DNA of 49,785 nt from Myxococcota bacterium (GCA_036149055.1 JAYZQJ010000100.1:1-49785); one strand, 5' to 3'; counted from the first letter of the stretch, positions 9,147-23,300 are shown. Notes: generated by a model not told the origin, from the sequence alone. Made by a program: numbers and translations.

Positions 9147-10385
9147 TCAGAAGACTTCGCGGAACCACTGGCCGAGCTTCTGGCCCCAGCCGTCCTGCGC
9201 CGCGATGTGAGCCACCGACGCGGTGTCGTCGATGGGGGGCGCCTCCCGGATGCGTTCGGCGCCGTACTTCACCAGCCCCACCCCCGTCGAGTAGGAGGGG
9301 CTCTTGACCACGTCCATCAGCCCGCCGACGCCCTGGGGCGCGCCCCGGCGAACCGGGAGGCCGAGGATCTGCTCGGCCAGCTCGGGCATCCCGTCGAGCT
9401 GCGTGGTACCGCCCGTGATCACCGCGCCGCTCGCCAGCATGTCGGCGAAGCCGGTCTCGGCGATCACGTGGGCCACCGCCTGGAAGATCTCCTCCACGCG
9501 AGGCTCGATGATCTGGCAGAGCACGTGACGGGGGAGCACCCGCGGGGGGCGGCCGCCGACGCTGGGGACCTCGATGGTCTCCTCCTCGTCGACCATCGCC
9601 GTCGCGGCGCAGCCGTACTTGATCTTGATGCGCTCGGCCTCGGCCATCGGGGTGCGCAGCCCGGTCGCGATGTCGTTGGTGAGGTTGATCCCGCCGATCG
9701 GGATCACGCTCGTGTGCACGACCGCGCCGTCCACGTAGATGATGAGGTCGGTCGTGCCGCCGCCGACGTCGATCAGCGCGACGCCGATCTCCTTCTCGTC
9801 CTCGCTGAGCACGGCGTGCGCGCTCGCGAGCGGCTCGAGCACCATCTCGGCGACGTGGAGGTCGCAGCGCTCGCAGCACTTCGTGATGTTCTGCGCCGCC
9901 GAGCTCGCCGCGGTCACCAGGTGGACGCGCGCCTCGAGGCGCACCCCGCTCATGCCGACCGGCTCGCGGATCCCGTCCTGGTCGTCGACGATGTACTCCT
10001 GCGGGAGCACGTGGATGACGTGTCGATCACCGGGGAGCGGGATGGCCTTCGCCTGCTCCAGCACGCGGCGGACGTCCTCCTCGGAGACCTCCCGGGTGCT
10101 GATGGCGGCGACGCCCTCCTGGTTCATGCCGCGCACGTGGCTGCCGGCGATGCCGGCGTAGACGCTCGCGATCTCCACGCCGGCCATGGTCTCCGCCTGC
10201 TCGATGGCGGCCCGGATGGCCTGCACGGTCGACTCGATGTTGACGACCACACCCTTGCGGAGGCCCTTGGACGGCACCGAGCCGATCCCGATGATGTCCA
10301 GGCCGTCATCGGTCACCTCGGCGACGATCGCACAGACCTTCGTCGTGCCGAGGTCGAGGCCTGCGATGATTTCGTTATCGGACAT
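9147..10385 (-). CDS. ftsA: cell division protein FtsA
   Basis: GLDLGTTK, IDVGGGTTD, VITGG actin-fold motifs; C-terminal amphipathic WFREVF; AGGAG RBS before MSDNE. Confidence 0.98.
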   Translation of the reverse strand: MSDNEIIAGLDLGTTKVCAIVAEVTDDGLDIIGIGSVPSKGLRKGVVVNIESTVQAIRAAIEQAETMAGVEIASVYAGIAGSHVRGMNQEGVAAISTREVSEEDVRRVLEQAKAIPLPGDRHVIHVLPQEYIVDDQDGIREPVGMSGVRLEARVHLVTAASSAAQNITKCCERCDLHVAEMVLEPLASAHAVLSEDEKEIGVALIDVGGGTTDLIIYVDGAVVHTSVIPIGGINLTNDIATGLRTPMAEAERIKIKYGCAATAMVDEEETIEVPSVGGRPPRVLPRHVLCQIIEPRVEEIFQAVAHVIAETGFADMLASGAVITGGTTQLDGMPELAEQILGLPVRRGAPQGVGGLMDVVKSPSYSTGVGLVKYGAERIREAPPIDDTASVAHIAAQDGWGQKLGQWFREVF

Positions 10386-10505
10386 CCGTCGATCTCTCCT
10401 CGGGGCTCGTTTCGGCCCCACGAGCAGCACTACAGGACGCAGATCGGGGACACCAAATTTCGTGCAACGACAAACGCGCGCGGCGGGCTACCCTCCGGAC
10501 CCGAG

Positions 10506-12199
<1,694 letters not shown>

Positions 12200-12203
<4 letters not shown>

Positions 12204-13804
12204 AGGTCTGCCCGCACTGCCGACGTCAGGTCGGCGACGTCCGCTTCTGCCCCTACGACGGCACGCCCCTGGCGCACCTCGACCAGCCGCTCGGGATGCG
12301 CGAGCTGGGCCCGGGGGACCTCGTCGAGGGCCGCTACGAGGTCGTGGCCGAGCTCGGCCGCGGCGGCATCGGCGTCGTCTACCTGGCGGAGGCGAAGAAC
12401 CTCGGGCGCGACGTCGCGCTCAAGGTGCTCAAGAAGGACGCCGCCGACCGCGACCTGACCGTGGCGCGCTTCGCCCGGGAGGCGCGCGCCGCGAGCGTGC
12501 TCGACCACCCGAACGTGGTGCGCGTCTACGAGTTCGGCTTCGCGGCCGAGGGCTTCTACTACATGGTCATGGAGCTGCTCGACGGGCGCGCGCTCGCCGA
12601 CGTGATCGACGACGAGGGCCGCCTCGCGCCCGAGCGCGCCCTCGCGATGCTCCGGCAGATCGCCGCCGGCATGGCCCGCGCCCACGCGCTCGGGGTCGTC
12701 CACCGCGACCTCAAGCCCGAGAACATCATGGTGGACCCGAAGCGAGGCGAGCACGTCACCTTGCTCGACTTCGGCCTCTCCAAGACGGTCACCGAGTGGA
12801 GCGGCGTGCACCTGACGCACGAGGGCGACGTCTTCGGCACGCCCGACTACATGCCGCCCGAGCAGTGGCTGGGCGCGTCGGCGGACGCGCGGGCGGACGT
12901 CTACGCCTTCGGGGTCATCGCCTACGAGCTCTTCTCGGGCCAGCTGCCCTTCCCGTGCGACACGGTGGCGGAGGCGATGCAGGGGCACCTCTACACCGAG
13001 CCGCCGACCCTCGACGTGCTCGGGCTGCCCGGGCTGCCGCCCGGCGTCTCCCGCCTGGTGACGCGCTGCATGCAGAAGAAGCCGTCGGAGCGATGGGACG
13101 ACATGCAGGCGGTCGCGGCGGCGCTGGAGGAGATCGTGGCGCCCACCGCGCCTCCGCCCGCCCTGCCGACGCACGCGACCGAGATGGCGCTCGGCGACGT
13201 GCGCAGCCTCACCCCGCAGGACCTCCGGGCCGAGATCGACCGGCTCCTCGATCTCCGGCGTCATCGCCTGGCGGAGCTGGTGCCGGAGCTCTTCGGCGGG
13301 GCGCCGCCCCCGCTCCTCCGGGCGCAGGTCGAGGCGATCGAGCTGGCCGAGGACGCGGCCCAGCGGACGGCCGAGGACCTCGCGCTCGTGCGGGCCCAGC
13401 TGGCCGAGGCGGAGGCGGCGGTGCGGGCGGAAGAGACCGCGGTGCGGCAGCGCCTCCTCGCCGCCTCCCTCGACCTGGCGGCCCGCCGCGACGCCCTCCC
13501 GGAGGAAGAGTTCGTGCGCGAAGAGACCACCCAGGACGACGCGCTGCGCGAGCTCATCAGCGCCGAGCGCGCGCTGGCCCGCATCCTCGAGCACCCGGGC
13601 GAGGAGGTCGAGCGACGCCTCACCCAGCTGCGCGCGGTCGAAGGCGCCCTCGACGCCGAGCGGCGCGCGCTCGACGAGCGCTACGAGCGGCTCGAGGCCG
13701 CGCTCGCGGAGGCCACCGACGCGGGCCGCGTGGCCCCGCTCGCGGCGGTCGACGGCGCGATCGCCGCCATGCGCGCTCGCCTCGAGTCCCTGACCGCGCG
13801 CTGA
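12200..13804 (+). CDS. Ser/Thr protein kinase with zinc ribbon and coiled coil (paralog B)
   Basis: GTGA overlap; CPHC...FCPYDG; GRGGIG, VALK, HRDLKPEN, DFG, GTPDYMPPE. Confidence 0.92.
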
Positions 13805-13823
13805 CGGGTCGCGTCGGGCGAGC

Positions 13824-14987
13824 TCAACCGAGCAGCCAGATCAGCCCGATGGCGAGGATGCCGAAGAAGAGGAAGACGCCGATCGCGAGCGCGATCCAGA
13901 CCAGCATCGGCCCGCGCATGCCGACCGGCGGGCGGCTCATCACCGTGGTCGGGCCGTGCTGGGAGGGTCGGGCGTGCTCGCCGAGGTTCAGGGCCCGGAG
14001 CGCGGCCTCGACGTCGCGGGCGGCGCTGGGCCGCTCCTCGGGCCTCTTCCGCAGGAGGCCGGCCACGAGCGCCTCGAGCGCGGGCGGATACGGCAGGTCG
14101 GAGCGGCGATCCCGGAGCGCGGGCGGCGTCGCCTTGAGGTGGAGCCCCATCAGCATGACCGGGTGATCGTCCCAGAAGGGCGGCTCCCCGGTCAGCGCCT
14201 CGAAGAGCACCACGCCGAGCGAGTAGAGATCCGAGCGAGGATCGACCTGCTTGCCCGCCGCCTGCTCCGGGCTGATGTACGCCGGCGTGCCCACGATGGT
14301 CCCGTCGGCGGTGAGCTTGCGACCGGCGCCCTCGACCGTCTGACCGTCGAGCAGGCGCGCGATGCCGAAGTCGATCACGCGCACGGTGCCGTCGTCGCAG
14401 AGGAAGACGTTGTCGGGCTTCATGTCGCGGTGGACGATGCCGACCTCGTGCGCCGCCTGGAGCGCGGAGGCCACCTGAGCCGCGATCTCGCACGCCTCCC
14501 ACATCGGCAGCGGGCCCTCGGCCTGGATGCGCTCGCCGAGCGTGCGCCCCTCGAGCAGCTCCATCACGAGGTAGATCTCGTTCGCCGGCGACTCGCCCGC
14601 CTCGAGCACCTCCACCACGTGCGGGCTGTCGATCCGCTCGAGGGTGTGGCACTCGCGCAGGAAGCGCTGCCGGGCGATCTTGCTGCTCTCCAGCTCGGGC
14701 TTGATGATCTTCATCGCCACGCGCCGGAGCGAGAGCGCGTGCTCGGCCACGAACACCGAGCCCATGCCGCCCTCGCCGATCTTGCCCAGCAGCCGGTAGC
14801 GCTGGCCGACCACCAGGTCGACGCGCGTCGCCGGGCCGGCCTCGCCGCCCGCCTCGAGCCGCGTGCCGTCGTGCGGGCAGTGGCTCATCTCCGGGTCCCA
14901 GTAGGGCTCGTTGCACGCCGGGCACACGCTGACCGGCGGCCCGTCCATGCGGATCGTGTTGCGGCGATCGGTGTCCGGAGCGGCCAC
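13824..14987 (-). CDS. Ser/Thr protein kinase with zinc ribbon and C-terminal TM anchor (start GTG 14987 or ATG 14948)
   Basis: CPAC...HCPHDG; GEGGMG, VAMK, HRDMKPDN, DFG, GTPAYISPE; hydrophobic C-terminus; TATGCT 8 nt before GTG. Confidence 0.9.
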   Translation of the reverse strand: MAAPDTDRRNTIRMDGPPVSVCPACNEPYWDPEMSHCPHDGTRLEAGGEAGPATRVDLVVGQRYRLLGKIGEGGMGSVFVAEHALSLRRVAMKIIKPELESSKIARQRFLRECHTLERIDSPHVVEVLEAGESPANEIYLVMELLEGRTLGERIQAEGPLPMWEACEIAAQVASALQAAHEVGIVHRDMKPDNVFLCDDGTVRVIDFGIARLLDGQTVEGAGRKLTADGTIVGTPAYISPEQAAGKQVDPRSDLYSLGVVLFEALTGEPPFWDDHPVMLMGLHLKATPPALRDRRSDLPYPPALEALVAGLLRKRPEERPSAARDVEAALRALNLGEHARPSQHGPTTVMSRPPVGMRGPMLVWIALAIGVFLFFGILAIGLIWLLG

Positions 14988-15063
14988 GAAGGGAGAGCAT
15001 ACCCCAGACGGATCGACGCGCCCGCGTAGCCATGTGACGCGGTTCGGGGTAGCGTGGCCGATC

Positions 15064-16518
15064 GTGACACCGCTTCGAACCCTCGCTCTCTTCGCCGCGC
15101 TCCTCACGAGCGCGTGCGCCTCCGAGTCGCCCGGCGGCGTGACCGGCGTGGCGTCGGAGGGGGTCGTCGTCATCGACGATCCCGACGTCGTCTTCGACGC
15201 CGACACCGTGCGGCTCCCGCTCGCCGGCCACGAGGACCTGCTGTCCCTGACCGACGAGCAGGTCGTGACCAGCGCGATCCGGGGCGGCTTCCTCCGCCGG
15301 GTGCGCTCGGTCGAGACCGCCGGGGACACGCTGGTGATCACCACCGACCCGGCCGAGCTGGGCGACGCGGTCGTCGAGATGGAGCTCGCCGAGCGCCTGA
15401 TCCGACCGGGCGGCGAGCTGGCCGACAGCGCCGAGGGCTCGGTCGGCGCGGCCCGCGAGGCCCTCGAGGTCGCCGAGTTCCGCACCGTCTTCGGGCCCCA
15501 GCGGGTGCACGAGGGCCTGGGCATGGACGTCGACGTCTCCGGTCAGCTCGACTTCGACCCCACCCTCGACTTCGAGCTCTCGGTCGAGGATCGCCAGGTG
15601 GAGCGCCTGCTCCTCCGCGCGGCCGGCGAGCTGCAGGCCGACCTCCACGTCCACGTGGACGTGCGCTCGGACAACCAGTCCCTCAACTACGGCCACGAGC
15701 TCTGGACCTGGGAGCGACCCTTCGTGCACTTCATCGGCCCGGTGCCGGTGGTCGAGGTGGTCACGCTCGAGATCGGCGTCGGCGTCGGGCTCGAGGTCGA
15801 CGGCAACCTCGTCGTCGACGTGGGCGGCGGGCTGAACAGCGACGTCGTGCTCGGCACGCTCCTCGAGAACGGCGAGTGGAGCGACCTCGGCGAGCGCACC
15901 TTCGAGATCACCGACCCGCGGGCGTCGGTCTCCGGCAGCGGCACGCTCGCCGCGGTGCAGATGTTCGTCTACGCGAAGCTCCGGGTGATGCTCTACGACG
16001 TCGCCGGCCCGTACGTCGAGGTCCGACCCAACGTGCGCATGGTCCGCGAAGACGGCTGGCACCTCGGGACGGCCGGCGTCTACGCCGAGGTCGGGGTCGA
16101 CGCGCAGGTGCCGATCATCGGGCGCTCGCTCGGGGTCTGGGATCGCCAGCTCTTCGACGTCGCGCTCGTCTTCCACGAGTCGGAGACCTCCGACGCGCTG
16201 ATGACGCCGCCCGAGCCTCCGCCCCCGCCGTCGAGCTGCGGCGAGGTGCCCCCGCAGGGCCGGTGCGAGGCCGGCGCGCTCACCGCCTGCGACGGCGGCG
16301 AGGTCAGCGTCCGTGACTGCGCGGCCGAGGGCCTCGGCTGCGGCTTCGTGCACGGCGCCGACCGCTTCGACTGCGTCGAGGGCTGCGGAGACGTCGACGG
16401 CGGCGGGGCCTGCCACGGCTCGAGCCTCCGCTACTGCCGCGCGGGCACCCTGCACGTGGTCGAGTGCGACGGCACCTGCGGCCGCCCGGACGAGGCCTCG
16501 CCGGCGTACTGCATGTGA
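15064..16518 (+). CDS. lipoprotein with large beta-rich domain and C-terminal Cys-rich repeats
   Basis: Lipobox LTSA-C; long beta-strand pattern; two CG...GxC.G..L..C..G repeats after a Pro linker. Confidence 0.75.
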   Translation: MTPLRTLALFAALLTSACASESPGGVTGVASEGVVVIDDPDVVFDADTVRLPLAGHEDLLSLTDEQVVTSAIRGGFLRRVRSVETAGDTLVITTDPAELGDAVVEMELAERLIRPGGELADSAEGSVGAAREALEVAEFRTVFGPQRVHEGLGMDVDVSGQLDFDPTLDFELSVEDRQVERLLLRAAGELQADLHVHVDVRSDNQSLNYGHELWTWERPFVHFIGPVPVVEVVTLEIGVGVGLEVDGNLVVDVGGGLNSDVVLGTLLENGEWSDLGERTFEITDPRASVSGSGTLAAVQMFVYAKLRVMLYDVAGPYVEVRPNVRMVREDGWHLGTAGVYAEVGVDAQVPIIGRSLGVWDRQLFDVALVFHESETSDALMTPPEPPPPPSSCGEVPPQGRCEAGALTACDGGEVSVRDCAAEGLGCGFVHGADRFDCVEGCGDVDGGGACHGSSLRYCRAGTLHVVECDGTCGRPDEASPAYCM

Positions 16519-17843
16519 GCCGGCCCGTGCGCCCCGTCAGCCTGCACGGCCTCCTCCTCCTCCTCGCCGCGACCGTCGCCGCCTGCTCGGCGCCCTCCGC
16601 GCCCGACGCCGGCCCCTCGATGGACGCGGCCGAGGACGCCGGGCCCGAGCCGGACTGCCGGACCGACGAGGACTGCGACGACGCCGACGGATGCACCCTC
16701 GACCGGTGCGTGGAGGGAGGCTGCGGCCACCTCCAGGATCCCGAGTGCATGCGCTGCGAGAGCGCCGCGGACTGCGCGGGCGTGGTCACCCCGGGCCCCT
16801 GCGGCCTGGTGATGTGCGCGGACGGCGCGTGCGCCCGGGTGCCCAACCCCGAGCGCGAGGGCATGCCCTGCGACGACGACGACCTCTGCACCCGCTTCGA
16901 TCGCTGCAACGGCGCCGAGTGCGTGGGCGACCCACTCGAGTGCAGCAGCGGTGATCCCTGTCTCGACGGGAGCGCCTGCGATCCGGCCACCGGAGAATGC
17001 ACCACCGGCGCGCCGCGACCGGAGGGCGCCCCCTGCAACGCCGACGACGACGGCTGCACGATGGGCGACAGCTGTCAGGGCGGCGTGTGCCGCGCGGGCG
17101 CGCCGGTGCGCTGCGACGACGGCGTCTCGTGCAGCGCCGACACCTGCGTCTCCACCGGGCCGGGCGCCTTCGAGTGCCTGGCCGCGCCGGCCCCGGGGAC
17201 CTGCCTGATCGACGGCATGTGCTGGAGCGACCGCGAGCGGCGCCCGGGCAGCCAGTGCGAGCTGTGCGACACCGACGCCGCCACCGACGCCTGGTCGAGC
17301 GAGGTCGGCCTCTCGTGCAGCGACGGGGACGCGTGCACCGACGCGGACGCCTGCGACGGCTCGGGCGCGTGCGTGGGGACGCCGCGGACCGACTCCTTCG
17401 AGCGCAACGACACCCGCACCGCCGCCGCGCCGCTCGGCACCGTCTCGGATCGCGCCGCCTGGCCGGCCGGCACCTTCCAGGCGAGCCTCTACCCCACGGG
17501 GGACGAGGACTGGTTCCGCTTCCGGGTCACCGACGACGTGGGCGGCACGGTCGAGCCGCGGGTGGAGCTGAGCGCGGTGCCCCCGGCCAACGACTACGAC
17601 CTCTGCGTCTACTGGGACTGCGACGGCGCGGACCTCGGCGTGACCTGTCGCGAGGGCTCACCGAGCAGCTTCGGCGGGCTCTCCGGGTGCTGCAGCTTCC
17701 GCGGCGCGTCGGCGTCGGACGAGGTCCGCCTCAGCCCCGAGTGCGTCGGCGGCAGCGAGACCGGGACCGCCTACGTGCGCGTCGAGCGCTTCTCCGGCCC
17801 CTGGACCTGCGACGCGTTCACCATCCGCTGGGGAGATGATTGA
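16515..17843 (+). CDS. Cys-rich lipoprotein (CDDxxxCTxDxC repeats) with C-terminal PPC-like beta domain
   Basis: GTGA overlap; lipobox VAA-C; repeated CDD..CT.D.C; DSFERND...DEDWF...DYDL motif. Confidence 0.8.
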   Translation: MSRPVRPVSLHGLLLLLAATVAACSAPSAPDAGPSMDAAEDAGPEPDCRTDEDCDDADGCTLDRCVEGGCGHLQDPECMRCESAADCAGVVTPGPCGLVMCADGACARVPNPEREGMPCDDDDLCTRFDRCNGAECVGDPLECSSGDPCLDGSACDPATGECTTGAPRPEGAPCNADDDGCTMGDSCQGGVCRAGAPVRCDDGVSCSADTCVSTGPGAFECLAAPAPGTCLIDGMCWSDRERRPGSQCELCDTDAATDAWSSEVGLSCSDGDACTDADACDGSGACVGTPRTDSFERNDTRTAAAPLGTVSDRAAWPAGTFQASLYPTGDEDWFRFRVTDDVGGTVEPRVELSAVPPANDYDLCVYWDCDGADLGVTCREGSPSSFGGLSGCCSFRGASASDEVRLSPECVGGSETGTAYVRVERFSGPWTCDAFTIRWGDD

Positions 17844-17870
17844 CGGCGCGGGCGGGCCTGCCCGACGGGC

Positions 17871-18866
17871 TCACCCCGCGGTCGGCGGGGCGGGCGACTC
17901 GGGCTCCGGGGACGGCTCCAGGCTGGAGGCGCCCTCCTCTTCCCGGATCCGCACCGTGACGCGGTCGGGGCGGCGCTCGTTGTCGAGGTAGACGTAGGCC
18001 GCGCGGGCGCCTCGCTCGCCGAGCTCGTCGAGCACGGTGCGGAGCCGCCGGAGCTTCTGCCGGAACGGGCCGTGGCCGAGGCGCACGTAGGTCGGACCCT
18101 GGCCCACGTAGAGGCTGAGGCCGTCGTCGCGCTCGACGTGCAGCTCCTCGATCGGCTCGCGGCGCCAGAGGCCGGCGCCCCGATAGTCGCCGAGCAGCGC
18201 CACCGCCTCGAGCAGCACCGAGGTGCGGAAGGCGCGGTCGCGCGTGAAGCGCTCGCGATCGACGCCGGTGATGACCGGGAGGTCGACGGGATCCTCGGGG
18301 CCGACGCGCTTGAACACCGCGCCGTCCTCGCTGACCAGGAACACCTCGCCCACCGCGAGCAGGGCCACCGCCTGGCGCTCTCGGATCTCGAGGGTGTAGG
18401 TGCCCGGCAGGCGGCGCCGAACCTCGGCCTCCGCGATCCAGGGATGCGCCTCGAGGGCGGCCTGCGCCTCCTCGGGCGAGACGTCGAAGACGTTCCGGCC
18501 CTCGGCCAGGCCGGCCACCGCGAGCACCTCGGCGCGCTGGAGGCGGACGTGCCCCTCGAGCCCGATCTCGGTCACCGCGAACGCCGGCGAGGTGCGCACG
18601 TGGCGCTCGACCAGGCGCCCGAGGGCGACCGCGCCGACGCCGACCGCGACGACGACCAGGCCGCGCAGCGCGACCTCGGCCGGCCCGCGCAGGCGCTTCG
18701 TCCAGCCCTTCGCCTTCGCCGCGCCGCCTCGGAGGCGCTCGCGCAGGCTCCTCTTCGGCTCGGGCGGCGCCTCGGGCGCGGGCCCCTTCTTCGGGCGCAC
18801 GCGCCGGTTTCGCACCGGCTTCGGCTGCTCGGGCGCCTTCTTGCGGCGCGCGCGCTTCTCCGTCAC
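17871..18866 (-). CDS. ftsQ: cell division protein FtsQ/DivIB
   Basis: Basic N-terminus, single TM, POTRA ([15 protein letters not shown]...IRER), DLPVITG; coupled to murC. Confidence 0.92.
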   Translation of the reverse strand: MTEKRARRKKAPEQPKPVRNRRVRPKKGPAPEAPPEPKRSLRERLRGGAAKAKGWTKRLRGPAEVALRGLVVVAVGVGAVALGRLVERHVRTSPAFAVTEIGLEGHVRLQRAEVLAVAGLAEGRNVFDVSPEEAQAALEAHPWIAEAEVRRRLPGTYTLEIRERQAVALLAVGEVFLVSEDGAVFKRVGPEDPVDLPVITGVDRERFTRDRAFRTSVLLEAVALLGDYRGAGLWRREPIEELHVERDDGLSLYVGQGPTYVRLGHGPFRQKLRRLRTVLDELGERGARAAYVYLDNERRPDRVTVRIREEEGASSLEPSPEPESPAPPTAG

Positions 18867-20248
18867 GCGTCCCCTCGCTGGGCGAGCGCGGCGAGCAGCT
18901 CGGGCCCGGTGCGGGTGATGTCCCCCGCGCCGAGGGTGATGACGACGTCCCCCGGCTTCAGCCGGTCGAGCAGCGCGTCCACGAGCGCGGTGCGCGGGCC
19001 CACGTGGGTCACGTCGCGGTGGCCGTGCTCGCGGATGGCGCTGGCGAGCCGCTCGCTGTCCGCGCCCTCGATCGGCGCCTCGCCCGCCGCGTAGACGTCG
19101 GCGAGCAGGAGCACGTCCGCGCGGTTGAAGGCGCGGGTGAGGTCCTCGAAGAGGTGGTGGGTGCGCGAGTACCGGTGCGGCTGGAACGCGACCACCAGCC
19201 GCTGCCCGTAGGCGCGCTGCGCCGCCTCGAGCGTCACCTGCACCTCGGCGGGGTGGTGACCGTAGTCGTCGATGACGGTGACGCCGCCCTGCTCACCCAC
19301 GATGGTGAAGCGGCGGTGCACCCCGCCGAAGCCGGCGAGCGCCTTCTTGGTGACCTCGAGCGGCACGCCCAGCTCGTCCGCCAGCGCGATGACCGCGAGG
19401 GTGTTGAGCACGTTGTGGATCCCGGGCATGCGCACCGAGACCTCGCCGAGGTCCTCGCCGCGGCGGATGAGCCGGAAGCGCGTGCTGAGCCCCTCCACCG
19501 TCGGGTCCTTGGCGCGGTAGTCCGCCTGCGCGCTCAGCCCGTAGGTCGCCAGCCGCTTCTCGATGCGGGGCAGCAGGGCCTGCACGTGCGGGTGGTCGAG
19601 GCACGCGATCACGAGGCCGTAGAAGGGCACCCGGTTGGCGAACTCCACGAACGCCTGCTTCACGCGCTCGAAGTCGCCGTAGTGGTCGAGGTGCTCGGGA
19701 TCGATGTTGGTGACGATCGCGATCACCGGCGAGAGGTGCAGGAACGATCCGTCGGACTCGTCCGCCTCCGCGACCAGGAGGTCGCCCTTGCCGCTGGCGG
19801 CGCTGGTGCCGAGCGCGTTGAGCTTGCCGCCGATCACCACCGTCGGATCCAGCTCGGCCTCGCGCAGCACGGTGGCCACGAGCGAGGTCGTGGTGGTCTT
19901 GCCGTGCGAGCCGGCGATGGCGACGCCGTCCTTGAGCCGCATCAGCTCGGCCAGCATCTCCGCCCGCGGGATCACCGGGATGGCGGTCCGCTTGGCCTCG
20001 GTCAGCTCGGGGTTGTCCCGCGGGACCGCGCTCGAGAAGACCACGACGTCGGCGCCGGCGATGTTCTCCGCCGCGTGCCCGACGCAGATCCGCGCGCCCT
20101 GCTCGGCGAGCCGGCGCGTGGTCTCGCTCTCGCGCAGGTCGGAGCCGCTGACGGTGAAGCCCTCGGCGAGGAGCACCTCCGCGATGCCGCTCATGCCGAT
20201 GCCGCCGATCCCCACGAAGTGAATGGCTCTGATTCGCCCGCGAAACAC
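18863..20248 (-). CDS. murC: UDP-N-acetylmuramate--L-alanine ligase
   Basis: [51 protein letters not shown] before GTG 20248. Confidence 0.97.
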   Translation of the reverse strand: MFRGRIRAIHFVGIGGIGMSGIAEVLLAEGFTVSGSDLRESETTRRLAEQGARICVGHAAENIAGADVVVFSSAVPRDNPELTEAKRTAIPVIPRAEMLAELMRLKDGVAIAGSHGKTTTTSLVATVLREAELDPTVVIGGKLNALGTSAASGKGDLLVAEADESDGSFLHLSPVIAIVTNIDPEHLDHYGDFERVKQAFVEFANRVPFYGLVIACLDHPHVQALLPRIEKRLATYGLSAQADYRAKDPTVEGLSTRFRLIRRGEDLGEVSVRMPGIHNVLNTLAVIALADELGVPLEVTKKALAGFGGVHRRFTIVGEQGGVTVIDDYGHHPAEVQVTLEAAQRAYGQRLVVAFQPHRYSRTHHLFEDLTRAFNRADVLLLADVYAAGEAPIEGADSERLASAIREHGHRDVTHVGPRTALVDALLDRLKPGDVVITLGAGDITRTGPELLAALAQRGDA

Positions 20249-20377
20249 GCTGCCTCCGTCTGGTCCCGCGCCCCGGTGTACTGCCGCCGGGCCCCGGACG
20301 CGAAAAACCCTGCAAGAGGCGAGGCCTAACACGGCGACGCAAAGACGCCCCGGTTCGGGGTACGCTGCGGATCCCCG

Positions 20378-23300
20378 ATGGACGAGCAGCGTCCCACCAC
20401 CCGCCCCGACGACACCGCCGAGCACGAGCTGCCGGACGCGAAGCCCCTCGTGATCGCGGTGCCGCCGCCGCCCCCTCGGCGGAAGCTCCCCCCGAAGCCG
20501 CCGCCTCCCCCGCCGCCCCGCCGGGAGCAGGACACGGACCAGCAGGCCGCGCCGACCGCGGCCGAAGAGAAGACCCAGGTCGCGGTCGCCGCGAGCGTGG
20601 TCGTCGGCGAGTCGCACACCGACGAGATGGCGCGCCCCGGCCTCCTGCTGGGCGACCCCGGGACCCGCCCCCACCTCGGCATGGCCGCGGCGCAGCTGCG
20701 CGATCTCTGCGAGGCTCAGCTCTCGGTCGAGAGCGACGTCGAGCGAGAGGCGCAGCTCCATCACGCGCTCGGGCGCCTCTCGGAGGGGCCCTTGTCGGAT
20801 CCCGAAGGCGCGGCGCGACACTACGGCGAGGTCATCGGGCGCGCGCCCGATCACGTGCCCGCCCTCCGCGGCGCGCGGCGGGTGGCCGCCCAGCTGGGCC
20901 GCCACGCGGAGCTGCCCGCGCTCTTCGACGCGGAGCTCGCGGTGACCCGCGACCCGGCCGCCAAGGCGCGCCTGCTGCACGCGAAGGGGCGCGTGCTCGA
21001 GGCCAGGCTGGGCCGGCCGGCGGACGCCATCGAGGTCTACCGCGAGGGCCTCGCGCTCGCGCCGGGGGACCTCGTCCTGCTCAAGGCGCTCGAGCGCGGC
21101 TACCGGCGCGACGAGAGCTGGGCCGAGCTCGCCGACACCTACGCGCGCCTCGCCGACGCGGTCGACGACCCGCCACTCCGCGCCGCGTGGACCGCGCTCC
21201 GGGCGCACCTCACCGAGGCGAAGCTCGGCGACCCGGTGCAGGCGGCCACCCTCTACGAGAGCGCGCTGGCCACCGACCCGCACGCCAGCGACGCGCTCGC
21301 CCACGTGAAGCGGCTCGGCGCCTCGCAGCGCCGCTGGCCTCAGCTCGTCGCGGCGCTGCGGACGGAGCACGAGCTCTGCCGCGACGTCGACGCGCGTCAG
21401 TCCATCTTGCGCGCGATCGCGCGCGTGCAGGAGCGGGCGCTCGGCGACGCCGCGGCCGCGATCCAGACGCTCGAGGAGGCGCTGCGCGCGCGGCCGGAGG
21501 ACACGTCGCTCCTGCGCGAGCTGGCCCGGCTGGCCGCCGCCACCGGACGCCACCCGCTCCGCGCCGACGCGCTCGCCCGCCGGATCGAGCTCGAGACCGC
21601 GCCCGAGGTGGTCGTGGGCCTCGCGATGGAGCTCGGGCAGCTCCACGAGGGCCCGCTCGAGGCGGTGGAGCCGGCGCTCGGCTGGTACGAGCGCGCGCTC
21701 GCCGCCGACCCCCGCCACCGTGGCGCCGCCGCCGCGCTCGAGCGCCTCCTGACCGAGCGCGAGGCGTGGTCCGAGGTGCGCCGGGTGATGGCGACGCGGG
21801 CCGCGGCGCTGACCGACCCGATCGAGCAGGCGCAGCTCCACCACCGGCTCGGGCAGCTGCACGAGCGCCGGCTGCACGACCCGGACGAGGCCACGCGGCA
21901 GCACGCGCGCGCGCTCTCGCTGGACCGGTCGCACCACGGCGCGTTCGTCAGCCTCACCCGCCTCCTCACCCACGCCGGCCGCTGGCACGAGCTGGTCGAG
22001 CTGTACGAGCGCGCGATCGACCACGCGCCGCACGACGACGAGGCGATCGCGTGGCTGTTCCGCATGGGGGCCATCCTCGAGGATCGGCTCGACGATCCCG
22101 CGGCCGCCCTCTCCGTCTACGAGCGCGTGCTGGAGCGCGACGCCGCCCACCTCGGGGCCTGGCACGCGGTGCAGCGCGCGGCCGAGCGCGCCGGACGCAT
22201 CGACCGTCTGTCGGCGGCCCTGCGGAGCGAGGCCGCCCTGACCCGCGACGGCGAGCGCCGGGACGCGCTCCTCCACCGGGCCGCCGAGCACGAAGCGGAG
22301 GCCGATCCCGACGCCGCCTGCCGGGCCCTCGAGGGGATCCTGACCCGGACCCCGGCCCACCGGCCGAGCCTCGAGACCCTGGCCCGCCTGCGCGACGCGA
22401 GCGGCCACCACGCCGCCCTCGTGAAGGTCTACGAGCGCCTGCTGCCGATCGCCGCGCCCGACGAGCGCGCGCGCCTCCACACGCGCATCGCCGAGACCCG
22501 CGAGCGAGCCCTGGCCGACGACGCCGGCGCCATCGCCGCCTACCGTCAGGCCCTCGCGCTCGAGGACCGGGCGACGGTGCGCGACGCCCTCGCCCGCGCG
22601 CTCGAGCGGACCGGCCGCTGGGAGGAGCTGGCCGCGTGCCGACGCGAGCAGCTCGATCGGCTCGAGGAGCCCGCGGAGCGCGCCGCCGCGGCCCACGCCC
22701 TCGGCGTGCTCCTCGAGGAGAAGCTGAGCGACCCCGCCCGCGCGCTCGAGGCGCACGAGCTGGCGCTGCGCGCCGATCCGCTGTTCCGCCCCGCGCTCGA
22801 CGCGCGCGAGCGGCTGCTCACCGACGCCCAGGCGTGGGAGCGACTCGCCGAGGCGATCGCGGCGGAGGCGGACGCGAGCTCCGACGGCTTCGAGCGGACC
22901 CAGGCGTCGCTGCGCAAGGCGCTCGTCCTCGCGCACCGCGGGGCGCCGATCCACTCCGCGCTGGAGTCGTTCCGGCCGGTGTTCGCCGCCAAGTCCGGCC
23001 ACGCCGGCGCGCTGGTCGCGGTCGAGGGGATCTACGGCAAGGCGAGCGATCCGGCCGGGCTCGACGCGACCTACGCGCGCATGGCCGACGTGCTCGGCGC
23101 GGAGCCCGCGGTGCACGCGGCGCTCGAGGCGCTGGCGGAGGCCCGGACCGAGCGCGGCGAAGACGTGGCCGACCTCCTCGGCCGCATGCTGGAGGCGCGC
23201 CCGGAGGATCGGGGCGCGCTCGAGCGGCTCGCCGAAGACGCGGAGCGACGCGGCGACGCGACCGCGCTGCTCCACGCCCACAGCCGCCTCGCCGCGCTCG

